The translations under genes were made by a program, and so were the position numbers. Positions 40,915 to 52,670 of a DNA stretch of 64,000 bases are shown piece by piece. Position 1 is the stretch's first letter, and every line of letters begins with the position of its first letter. The notes beneath the pieces were generated by a model. The model was not told the origin of the DNA. It ran no database searches and saw only the letters and a program-made list of their open reading frames with translations. Source of the stretch: Mobula hypostoma (lineage: Eukaryota); contig NC_086097.1 in assembly GCF_963921235.1 (NCBI RefSeq), positions 16,492,001 to 16,556,000 of the forward strand. Reading direction: 5' to 3'.

Positions 40915-41562
40915 GCATGGAATGGGTGAGCAGCTTGAAGTTCCTGGGTGTCAAAATCTCAGAAAACCTATCCTGAACCCAACATGTTGATGCAATTATG
41001 AAGAAGGTATATCAGCAGCTGTATTTTATTAGGAGTTTGAGAACATATGGTATGTCACCAAAGACTTGAGCGAATTTCTACAGATATACTGTGGAGAGCA
41101 TTGTGATTGGTTGCATCACCCTCTTGTATGGAGGCTCCAATGAACTGAATCAGAAAAAAAATCTGAAGAAGGTTGTAAATTCAGACAGCTCCATCATGGG
41201 CACTAGTCTCCCCATTATCGAGGACATCTTCAACAAGGCAATGCTTCAAGGTGGTGGCATCCATCATGAAGGTCCCTCACCATCCAGGGCATGCCCTATT
41301 CTCATTACTACTATCAGGGAGGACGTACACGAGCCAGAAGACACACAGTCAATGTTTTAGGAACAGATTCATCCCCTTCACCATAAAATTTTTGAATAAT
41401 TTATGAATCCACAGATACGACCTTGCTATTTTGCTCTCTTTTTGCACTAGTTATTTATTTTTATGTATATTCTTATTGTAACTTATAGAAACTGCATTGT
41501 ACTGCTGCAAAACAACAAATTTCTTGACATGCGTTAGTGATAATAAACCTGATCCTGGTTCT
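40915..41562 (+). mobile_element. Rex/Babar LINE 3' fragment
   Basis: ESIVIGCIT, LPIIEDIF; tail gataataaacctgatcctggttctga. Confidence 0.85.
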
Positions 41563-41943
41563 GAGATGAGTTAAAGATTGCAGGTTTCCTTTCCAAAAGG
41601 TCAACAGTAAGCCCTATGAGCTTTGAATGATAGTCATGCAGTTTTAAACATTACTGTTTTATTCCAGAATTTTACTGAATATTTGTCCAGCTACCAAACT
41701 GGGATTTAAATTCAATCTCTGAATTATTTTCCAGACATATGAATTGCTTGTCTACTAAAATAAATGTTTTACTATTGCACCCAGAACTGCTTTAAGTGGC
41801 TGTAAAAATATTTCATATTATGGTGAACCTTCCCACCTTTCATCTTGTCTGATGCTATTTCATTTTGTTCTTTAATTAGAGACCAAGAGTTTCCACCATT
41901 ATTTGTGTGTGGTGTTGCTAAGGTGACAATAAAGAAGCTCATG

Positions 41944-42153
41944 CAAAACACACAAAATATAGAGGAACTATCAAGTCTGGCAGCATCCAAAGGACGAATA
42001 AGCAGTTGACGTTTCAGGCCGAGACCTTCCTTGAGGATTCAGTCCTACATGTTGACTGCATTCATCCATCGATGCTGCCTGACCTGCTGAGTTCCTACAG
42101 CACTTTGTGTGTGTTGCTTTGGATTTCCAGAATCTGCAGAATTTTTCGTGTTT
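41944..42153. mobile_element. Penelope-derived palindromic (fold-back) short element with a degenerate hammerhead
   Basis: Left arm acacacaaaa...gcagttgac is an imperfect reverse complement of right arm gttgactgc...tttgtgtgtgt; homologous to 43901-44007. Confidence 0.75.
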
Positions 42154-42834
42154 ATAAAGAGGCTGGTGACCACTTTGCAAGTCTGCCACATTTCTGCTGT
42201 ACATTTCTCTGAGTACATCTGTTCTCAATTTATAGTCCAAAGTTTCTGCCTAGTAGCATCATAATACGCCCTCCACAGATTAAATAGTTTTTCATACTGT
42301 CCAAGACTGTGGTAAAGGTCAGGGAGGTGTGGTTACTGTCTTTTAAATACTCACCACCGAGAGTGGCCTCTCCTCTAACTGGCCTGTCAGGAATCCTTCC
42401 TGGGCACACCCAACAAATTCTGCCCTATCTAAACCTTTTGTATTAAGGAGGTGCCAATAAATATTATAGAAGTTGAAGTCACCCATGACAACAACTTTGT
42501 TATTTTTGCATCTTTTCAAAATCTGCCTCCTGATCTGCTCCTCTGTGTCACCATTGCTATTAGCTAGGTCCCCACCTCTTTTTTGCCTCCCTCTCTGTCT
42601 CTTTTGAAACTTCTAAACCCCTGAACATCCAGCAGCCACTCCAGCAACTTGACAGCCATATGTTTTTGAAATGCATATTTAACGCTCCTAGTTCAAGTTA
42701 AATATCCTGCTTATGTCCAATTATTCTAATCATATTTAAGCAGGAAAAACATATGGATTCACTTATTGTATACCCAATAAAGTAATATTCAGTGAGTAAT
42801 ATTCCCAATGCTATTATAAGATGAAACAATACAT

Positions 42835-43725
42835 CACAGTCATAGAAAAGTACAGCACAGAAACAGGCCATTTGGCCCATCTGGTCCACACTGAACCATT
42901 TAAACTGCCCAATCCCACTGACCTACACTGAGACCAGAGCTCTCCATATCGCTATCATCTATGTACCTATCCAAACTTCTCTTTTTTTAAAATTTTATTT
43001 TTATTTGGATAAGGAATTCACAAGTATCATGTACTTTTTCACATGTATAACCTTTTCCATTTTTTTATATGTATAAAACTATAATTATTTATACATTCTT
43101 AAGTACACATTGAGATGATATAAAAGGAAATTAGACACTTAAATAGATAATTATGTACAGTGGTAATTCTAATCTATTAGGCTAAGTAATGGTATTAGTT
43201 GTTAAGAAAAATAGTAATAATAGTTTCCATATATCTCTTCTGGACCATTTCTACTGGTCCAAAATGTTGTATGTAAGCCTATGTAACAACCATTGTAGGT
43301 GTTTATATCCTAACTTGTTCATGCTTGCTCCTGCCCCCAGACATAATTATCCAATCCCTATGTACTTATTTACCTAATTTTATCATTTTTTTATCCAAAC
43401 TTCTCTTAAACGTTGAAATTGAGCTCACAGGTAACACTTGCGCTGGCAGCTCATTCCACACTCACGACTCTGCATGAAGAAGTTTCTGCTCATGTTCTCC
43501 TTAAACTTCTCACTTTTCACTCTTAGCCCATGACCTCTGGTTGTAGACCCATCCAACCTCAGTGGAAAAAGCCTGCTTGCATTTACTCTATCTACACCCC
43601 TCGTAATTTTGTATACCGCTATCAAATCTCCTCTCAATCTTCCAAGGAATAAAGTCCTAACGTATTCAATCTTTCCTTATAACTCAGGTCTTCCACACCC
43701 AGCAACATTCTTGTAAACTTTCCCT
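42835..43725 (-). mobile_element. CR1 3' fragment containing a nested poly(A) retroelement
   Basis: RGDLIAVYKI, TRGHGLRV; tail catagaaaagtacagcacag. Confidence 0.88.
42984..43391 (-). mobile_element. About 408-bp A-tailed retroposon of unidentified family
   Basis: 16-bp TSD TATCCAAACTTCTCTT (42968-42983, 43392-43407); the minus strand ends AATAAAAATAAAATTTTAAAAA. Confidence 0.8.
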
Positions 43726-43900
43726 GGCTTCAGTTTGTTAACTGTAACTAGTAAAATCTTTAAACATGAAAAAAAACATGTAGTTGCTATATTAACAATA
43801 CTAATAAAACAGAAAATCTACTAACTTTTGGTTTAAGATTCCCAACGTACTGGTTTGTAGATAGCAAGAACTATCTACAAACCTATCAAACTAATATGAA

Positions 43901-44007
43901 CAACATACATCAAAGTTGCTGGTGAACGCAGCAGGCCAAGCAGCATCTATAGGAAGAGGTGCAGTCGACGTTTCAGGCCGAGACCCTTCGTCAGGACTAA
44001 CTGAAGG
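43901..44007 (-). mobile_element. Penelope-like terminal fragment between 24-bp direct repeats
   Basis: ACAAACCTATCAAACTAATATGAA at 43877-43900 and 44008-44031. Confidence 0.8.
43963..43998 (-). ncRNA. Minimal type I hammerhead ribozyme motif (Penelope-associated type)
   Basis: Minus strand AGTC-CTGACGA-AGG(GTCTCGG)CCT-GAAA-CGTC-GACT: stem I, CUGANGA core, stem II, GAAA, palindromic ACGU stem III, GUC cleavage triplet. Confidence 0.8.
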
Positions 44008-44084
44008 ACAAACCTATCAAACTAATATGAAGTTTGATCCATGCATCCAAGTTAATAAAGTACAATGAATTTAAGTTGTACCAC

Positions 44085-46050
44085 AGAGGCAAAATTCAAA
44101 AGGGCGAAGAATGCAGGACTGAAGATGCTGTATTTAAATGCATGTAGCATTTGGAATAAGGTGGAGGAACTCATGGTGTAATTACAGATTGGTTGGTATG
44201 ATGTTGTGGGTGTCACTGATCTGTGGTTAAAAGAAGGCGATAGTTGGGAGCTTAACATCAAAGGATATACTTTGTATCACAAGGACAGGCAGGAAGGCAA
44301 AGGCGGTGGTGTGACCTTGTTGGTAAGAGATGGAATTACATCTTTAGAAAGAGGTGACATATGGTCAGAGAATGCTGAATCTTTATGGGTGGAGTTAAGA
44401 AACTGCAAGAGTTTAAAAAACATTATGGGAATCATATATAGGCCTCCAATTAGCAGTCAAAAGAAAAGATGAAATATTAGGGCAGACTAGCCAATAATAT
44501 AAAGCAAGATACCAAAAGATTTTTCAGTTACATAAAGAGTAAAAGGGAGGTGAGAGTTGATACTGGACCATTGGAAAATTATGCTGGTAAGGTAGTAACT
44601 GGGGACAAAAAAATGGCAGATGAACTTAATGGGTACTTTGCATCTGTGTTCATGGGGAAGACACTGGCAGTGTGCCAGAGATCTGTGAGTGTCAGGGAGC
44701 AGGAGTGAATGGCCTTGCTATTACCAAGGAAAAAGTGATAGGCAACTCAAAGGTCTTAAGACGGATAAGTCAACTGGACCAGATGGACTGCATCCCAGAG
44801 TCCCAAAAGCGGCTGCTGCAGAGATAATGGATGCATTGGTCATAATCTTTCAAAAATCACTTGATTCTGGCATGGCCCCAGAGCACTGGAAGATTGCAAA
44901 CTCTTTAAGAAAGGACGAAGGATTTATAGGCCAATTAGCCTAACCTCAGTGGTTGGGAAGGTGTTGAAGTCTATTATTAAGGATGAGATTTCGGGGTATT
45001 TGGAGATTAATGACAAAATAAGCCAAAGTCAGCATGGTTTCTATAAAGGGAAATCTCGCCTAACAACTCTGTTAAGAGATCTTCGAGGAAGTAATATGCA
45101 AGGTGGACAAAGGAGAGGCAGTGGATGTCATTTACTTGGATTTTCAGAAGGCATTTGATAAGGTGCCATACATGAAGCTGCTAACAAGATAAAATCCTTT
45201 GGCATTACAGGAAAGATACTGGCATGGATAGTGGAATGGCTCACAGGCAGGAGGGAGCGAGTGGGAATAAAAAGGGCCTTTTCTGGTTGGCTGCTTGTGA
45301 CTAGTGGTGTTCCTCAGGGGTCAGTATCGAGAATGCTACTTTTGGCATCGTCTGTCAATGATTTGGATAATGCAATTGATGGCTTTGTAGCAAAGGTTGC
45401 AGAAGATGGGGGAAGGGTATGTAGTGCTGAGGGCTGCAGAAGCACTTAGACAAATTGGAAGAATGGGCAAAAAAGTGGCAGATGGAATACAATGCTGGGA
45501 AATGTATGATAATGAATTTTGGTAAAAGGAACAATACTGCAGAGGGACTTTGGAGACCTCTTGCAAGACTCCCAGAAGGTTAATTTACAAGTTGAGGCTG
45601 TGGTAAAGAAGGCAAATGCAATGTTGGCATTTATTTCAAGGAGAACAGAATATAAAAGCAGAGATAATGCTGAGCCTTTGTAAGACACTTATCAGGCCGC
45701 ATTAGGGGTATTGTCAACAGTTTTGGGCCCCACATCAGAGAAGGGATGTGTTGTCACTGGAGAGAGTCCAGAGGAGGCTGACGAGGATGATTCCGGGAAT
45801 GAAGGGGTTAACAGGTGAGGAGTGTTCAGCAGCTTTGGGCCCGTACTCACTAGAATTTAGAAGAATGCCTGGGGATCTCATTAAAACCTACTGAATATTG
45901 AAAGGACTAGATTGGGTGGATGAAGTGGAGAGGATGTTTCCTCTGGTATCTAGAACTACAGGGCAAAGCTTCAAAATTGGGGGTGGGGGAGAAGCCATGA
46001 CGGAATGGTGGAGCAGACTCGATGGGCGTAATGGTCTAATTCTGCTCCTA
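44085..46050 (+). mobile_element. CR1 LINE, decayed, with internal deletions
   Basis: GVTDLWL, IYRPP, KSTGPDGLHPRV, VTSGVPQGSV. Confidence 0.9.
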
Positions 46051-48517
46051 CACTTCTTGACACAGTATTCTATTTGCCACTTCTTTTAACATTCTCTTAA
46101 TCTGTCAAAGTCTTTCTGCAGCATTCTTGCTTCCTTAACACTAGCTGCCCCTTCACCTATCTTTGTATCGTCCATAAATTTGGCCACAAAGCCATCAATT
46201 TCATCATCCAAATAATTGACATACAACATAAAAAGAAGCGGTCCCAACAACCATCCCTGTGGAATGCCACTTGTCACCAACATCCAATTACAAAAAGCTC
46301 CTTTATTCCCACTCTTTGTCTCCTGCCAATCAGCCAATCCTTGAGCTATGCTGGTATCTTTTCTGTAATAGCACAAGATCTGATCTTGATAAGCAGCCTC
46401 ATGTACGATACTTTTCAAAGATCTTCTGAACATCTTTGATCCATCAATTCGCCTTTGTTTATCCTGCTTGTTATTTCCTCAAATAATTCAAACAGATTTG
46501 TCAGGCAAGATTTTCCATTAAGGCAACCATGCCGAATTTGACCTATTTTATCATGGGCTTCCAAGTACTCCAAAATCACATCCTTAACAATTGACTCTAA
46601 AATCACATCCTTTACAATTGATTCCAACATCTTCCCAACCACTGAGGTCAGGTTATAATTTCCTTTCATGTGCCTCTCTCCTTCTTGAAGAGTGGAGTGA
46701 CATTTGCAATTTTCCATTCCTCCTGAACCACTTCGGTACCTAGTGATTCTTGATGGGATCATTACTAATAACCCCACAATCTCTTAAGCTACCTCATTCA
46801 GAACCCTGGGGTCTAGTCTACATGGTGAAGGAGACTTATCCACCTTCAGACCTTTCAGTTTCCCAATCACCATCTCCTTAGTATTTGCAATTACACTCAC
46901 TTCTGTCCCCCGACCCTCTAGAACTTCTGGCATACTGGCCTTGTCTTCCACAGTGAAGACTGATGCAAAATACTTGTTCACTTTGTCCACCATTTCCTTG
47001 TCTCCCACTACTAGCTCCACAATGTCATTTTCTAGCAGTCCAATACTTATTCTTGCCTTTTACCCTTTATATATCTGAAAAAATGTTTGGTATTCTCTTT
47101 GATGTTGTTGGCTAGTTTACCTTCATAATTCATCTTCTTCCCCCCTCCCCCCAAGGTTTTTTCACTTGCCTTCTGTTGGTTTTAAAATGTTCCCCAATTC
47201 TCCAACTTCCCAATTTTTGTTCTGTTACATGCCTTCTCTTTTGCTTTAATGCTGGCTTTGACATCCCTTTTTACCCACAGTTGTGTCGTTCTGCCTTTAG
47301 TATACTACTTCTTCTTTGGGATGTATCTATCCTGCACCTTCTTAACTGCTCCCAGAAACTTCAGCCATTGGCTGCTTTGCCATCATCCCTGTCAGTATCC
47401 CCTTCCAATCAACTTTAGCCAGGTCTGTCTCATACCTCTGTAATTCCCTTTACTCTATGTTTACTGATAAATTTGATTTAACTTCTCCCTTTCAAACTGC
47501 AGGGCAAATTCTGTTATGATTACTGCCTCCTAAGGGTTCCTTAATCAAATCCAGTTCATTACGCAACACCCAATCCAGAACAGCTGATCCCCTAGTGGAC
47601 TTAACCCTAATCTGCTCTACAAAGCCATCTTGTAGGCATTCTACAAATTCTCTCTTTTGGGATCCAGCACCAACCTGATTTTCTCAATATACCTGCATAT
47701 GAAATCCCCCATAATTATTGTAACATCGCCCTTTGAACATGTTTTTTCTATCTCCCATTGTAATTTGTAGCCCACATCCTGGCTACTATTTGGAGGCCTG
47801 CATACAACTCCTATTAGGGTCTTTTAACACTTGCAGTTTCTTAATTCTAACCACATGGATTCTACATCCTCCAATCCTATGCCACCCCCTCTGCCTACAT
47901 GGCTGTCCTTTCAATACAATGTGTACCCTTGGGTGTTATGCTCCCATCTATAATGTTCTTTCAGCCACGACTCAGTGATGCCTGCCAATCTCTCACTGCG
48001 CAACAAGATAATCTACTTTATTCCATATGCTACATGATTCAAAGATAACATGGTTAGTTCTGTATCCGTAGTCCTTTTCAATTTTGTCCCCGTTACACTG
48101 CAATTCATCCCACTGATTGCAATTTTGCCCTGTCACCTACCTGTCCTTTCTGATGTTCTCACTATACACTTCCTCTGCCTGTAAAATAATAGTCATATCA
48201 TCAGCCCTATCACCCTAGTTTCCAGTCCCCTGCCACATTAGTTTAAGCCCTCCACAACAGTTCAAGTAAACTTGTCCACTCTGGTTCAAGTCTAACCCAT
48301 TCCTTTTGTACAGGTCATACCTTCCTTAGAAGAGATCCCAATGATTGAGAAATCTGAAATGCTGTTCCCTGCACCAGTTTTTCAGCCATGCATTCATCCG
48401 CCAAATCATCCTATGTTTCCCCTCACTGGCACGTAGCACAGGTAGCAATCCAAAGATTTCTACCCTGGAGGTCCTACTTTTTGGCTTTCTCCCCAACTCC
48501 CTAAATTCTCTCTTCAT
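46051..48517 (-). mobile_element. CR1 LINE, decayed, 3' end missing; reaches the ORF1 esterase-like C-terminus
   Basis: TSGIPQG, KFMDDTKIG, KYFASVFT; ORF 48326..48517 (MNAWLKNWCREQHFRFLNHWDLF) resembles CR1 ORF1. Confidence 0.9.
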
Positions 48518-49809
48518 CTTTGTACAGATGCTGCTTCACCGGCTCGGTTTTCTAGCATTTTCAACCTTTGCTTCATATTAGTAGCATCTGTAGTGCTTTG
48601 AATTTTATTCCCAAGACCCTTACTGTTCACAAGATTTAGTATCTTTTAGAGAAACTCTGCAGTTTAATTTATTATGTCACTCTCCAATTAAGATTTGTCA
48701 ACAATCCTGTAAGATTATAAATTTCTTTAGGTAGCTATTTTATTATTTGTTCTTAGTTCAGGGCATGAATCTCATGGTGGATAGTGGATGTTAAATTAGC
48801 TGTAACGATGATACTCTTTCATCTTCTTTCATTACTCCAGCAATCCACATTTCTAAGAATGACAAGATGCAAAGATGTCCAATGTCACCAACTAAAGTAT
48901 TTTGAGTATCCTAAAGTGAAACATAGAGATATGAGATATGAGATTGGACAATATCTTCAACTTGTCCATTCCTTTTCCTTGGAATCATCATTAAAGTCCA
49001 TGGTCCTTTGCATAGAATGTTTGCATTCAAACAGAAATGCAAAAGTGAAATAACTGGCGCACCTACCACAACAGTGCCCAGTTACTCTGGATCTGAAAGT
49101 TGTGCCATTCCATTAAAAGCAATTTGTATGCTAAATTTAGATAATATTTTGTAAATCTGGCTGCTGTAATTACATCTGTCATATTAACAATCTGATTAAA
49201 CAAATGACATTAAGTGTAACCATTGACAGAACTCCATGGTATGGAAATCCAATAACCAACAATACACTAAAAATTTTCAACAAGTTAGTAGCATCTGAAG
49301 AGACAGATATAGCATTACTGTTTCAGTTTAATAACCTATTAAAAATCCAACTTCTCTTTTCTTAATATAGGCAATGGAAAGACCAAGTGTACCATCATGT
49401 AAACAATTAGTTGAATTTGTATCACTCTGCAATTTTACTCAGATTCAATACAGGATGTCAGATTAATATCGAAAGACATTGGAAAATGTGCTCTCTACAT
49501 TCATAGAGACTCTAAATGATCATTATTGAAAAATCATATTCAGTTGACATTTATAAAATACCCAAAGATTATTCAATGTGATTAAGACCAAGTATTTCAT
49601 TGTAGTTGCTTTGTGCAGAAATGCAAGTAAATTAAAAATATATTTCTTAAATTAATGGAAGTATTCAAAAGGTGAGAGTCAGCATACTTGCAGGTTGACA
49701 ACTCTATTTTATCCACAATTTATAAGTAAATTGAAAATTATTGGGAAAAGAATCCCACATACTGTACATGTATATAACAAATTCACATTACCAGACAGCA
49801 AAAAAAAAG

Positions 49810-52670
49810 TCATAGTCATAGAGCAATAGAGCATAATACAGGTTCTTGGCCCAATGAGTCTTTACTTTATTGTCACCAAACAATTGATACTAGAGCATAC
49901 AATCATCACAGCAATATTTGATTCTGCGCTTCATGCTCCCTTGAGTACAAATCGACAGTAAATATTAAAAATTTAAATTATAAATCATAAATAGAAAATA
50001 GAAAAGGGGAAGTAAGGTAGTGCAAAAAAACCGAGAGGCAGGTCTGGATATTTGGAGGGTACGGCCCAGATCCGGGCCAGGATCCATTCAGCAATCTTAT
50101 CACAGTTAGAAAGAAGCTGTTCCCAAATCTGGCCGTACAAGTCTTCAAGCTCCTGAGCCTTCTCCCGGAGGGAAGAGGGACAAAAAAATGTGTTGGCTGG
50201 GTGGATCGTGTCCTTGATTATCCTGGCAGCACTGCTCTGACAGCATGTAGTGTAAAGTGAGTCCAAGGACGGAAGATTGGTTTGTGTGATATGCTGGGCT
50301 GTGTTCATGATCTTCTGCAGTTTCTTCCAGTCTTGGACAGGACAACTTCCATACCAGGTTGTGATGCACCCTAGAAGAATGCTTTCTACGGTGCATCTAT
50401 AAAAATTAGTGACGGTTTTAGGGGACAGGCCAAATTTCTTTAGCTTTCTCAGGAAGTAAAGGTGCTGGTGGGCCTTCTTGGCAGTGGACTCTGTTTGGTT
50501 GGACCAAGTCAAGTCATTTGTGATACTGACCCCGAGGAACTTAAAAGCTTTTGACCTGTTCCACTTGCACACCACTGATGTAAATGGGGTCATGCGGTCC
50601 GCTGCTCCTTCTGAAGTCAAAAACCAATTCCTTCGTCTTGCTGACGTTGAGGGATAGGTTATTGTCTTCGCACCATGCCACCAGGTTCTTAATTTCCTCT
50701 CTGTACTCAAACTCATCATTACCCAAGATACGTCCTACAATTGTGGTGTCATCAGCAAACTTATATATTGAGTTTGATGGAAACTTGGCTACACAATCAT
50801 GGGTGTACAGGGAGTACAGCAGGGGGCTGAGTACACAGCCTTGTGGGGCACCAGTGCTCAGAGTGATTGTAAGGAGAGCTTGTTCCCTATTTTTACAGCC
50901 TGGGTCCTGTCTGTGAGGAAGTTGAAGATCCAGCTGCAGATCTGAGTGCTAAGGCCCAGGTTCCGGAGCTTAGGAATCAGTTTATTTGGAATGATGGTAT
51001 TAAAGGCAGAGCTGTAGTCAATGAAAAGGAGCCTTACATATGTGTCTTTATTCTCCAGGTGTTCTAAGGAGTAATGTAGGGCCAGAGAGATAGCATCTGC
51101 CGTTGACCTGTTGCTCCTGTAGGCGAATTGCAAAGTGTCGAGGTTGACCAGTAGGCTGTGGTTGATGCGTGCCATAACCAATCGCTTGAAGCACTTCACA
51201 GCAATTGATGTCAGAGCCACAGGTCGATAGTCATTCAGGCATGCCACCTTGCTCTTCTTCGGCACTGGGATTATTGTTCGTCAGCAAACACTCCGGCAAG
51301 CTCGCTTGCACAGGCCTGGACAACCCGTCCCGGGACACTATCTGGGCCCATCGCCTACCTTGGATTTATCTTCAGGAAGGCCCTTCTAACGTCCTCCTTG
51401 GTGATGATGAATCTCGATGCCACCAGGTCCGGTTCATCCGGAGGGAGTGGTACTCTCTTCTGTTCGGATCTTGCATAGAATACATTAAGTTCGTCAGGAA
51501 GAGAAGCGCCACAGTTACTGATATTCCCAGCCTTTCCTTTGCGCCCAGTGATCTCATTTAGACCCTGCCATAGTCTACCGGCATCCCTCTGGTTAGCCTG
51601 GGCTTCCAACTTGGCTCGATATTGCCTCCTGACGTCCTTAATGGCTTTCCAGAGTTCACGCCTGGATTCTGTGTAGCGACTGGTATCCCCGGACCTAAAA
51701 GCCACAGCTCTAGCCTTCAAAAGGGACTTGACTTCATAATTCATCCAAGGTTTCCGGTTAGGGAATACCCAGATCGTCTTGCGAGACACACAGTCCTCTG
51801 TGCATTTCCAGTCTATGCTGCTCACCTAGGCAGCTCCAATTTCAGTAAATGGCCATGCCCCTCTATGTAGCTTTTCAACAGCTACCTCAGTGATGCTGTA
51901 GCTGCCTCAACCACTTCTTCTGGGAGCTCATTCCATAAACTCACCACCCATTGTATGGAAAAGCGGCCTCTCAGGAACCCTAAATGTTTGTCCCCTAGTT
52001 TTGGACTCCCCTATCCTGGCATAAACACTACCATTCATCTTATTGCTGCCTCTCACAATTTTAAACACTTCTATAAGAGTCACCCCATGAATACACTCTA
52101 ATGAATAAGGAGCTAGCCCACCTCTCCCTACAACTCAGGTTGTCTTGAACACAGTACAATACAGGCTCTGTGGTCCATAATACTGTACCAACCTTTGAAC
52201 CTACTATAAGATTAATCTTACCCTCTTTTCCCTCCCACATGGACCTCCATTTTTCTATCATCTATAAGCCTATCAAAGAGTTTCTTAAATATTCCAAATG
52301 TATCTGTCTCTTTAGCAGAGTGTTCACACACGCAGCACACCCTATGGAAAAACTTACCTCTGACATCCCCTTATACTTTCCTCCAGTGTCAAAATTATGT
52401 TTCCTGGTATTAGCCATTTCAGCCCTGGGAAATAGTCTCTGACTATCTACTTGATCTATGCCTCTTATCACCATGTATGTCTCTATCAAGTTGCCTCTCA
52501 TCCTCCTTCGCATCAGAGTAAAGTCCTAGCTTGCTCAATCTACCTTCACAAGACATGCTCTCTAGTCCCGGCAATATCCTTTTAAATCTTTTCTGCACTC
52601 CTTCCAGTTTAATCACAGCTTTCCTACAACAGGGTGACCAAAACTGTACCTAGTACTCCAACTGCACACT
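49810..52670 (-). mobile_element. CR1 3' fragments hosting a Rex/Babar insertion
   Basis: Tail catagtcatag...ggcccaatgagtc resumes at about 51811; RRMRGNLIETY ORF at 52262..52513. Confidence 0.75.
49862..51809 (-). mobile_element. Rex/Babar LINE, 5'-truncated, relatively young
   Basis: [50 protein letters not shown] repeated at 49857-49861 and 51810-51814. Confidence 0.93.

Noticed and set aside
49985..50719. ORFs with KKAHQHLYFLRKL (also 16295..16603), a segment often auto-annotated as ALKBH8-like/DUF1891
   Set aside because: These are the C-terminal part of Rex/Babar LINE ORF2, contiguous with RT and repeated across the window; not a host gene
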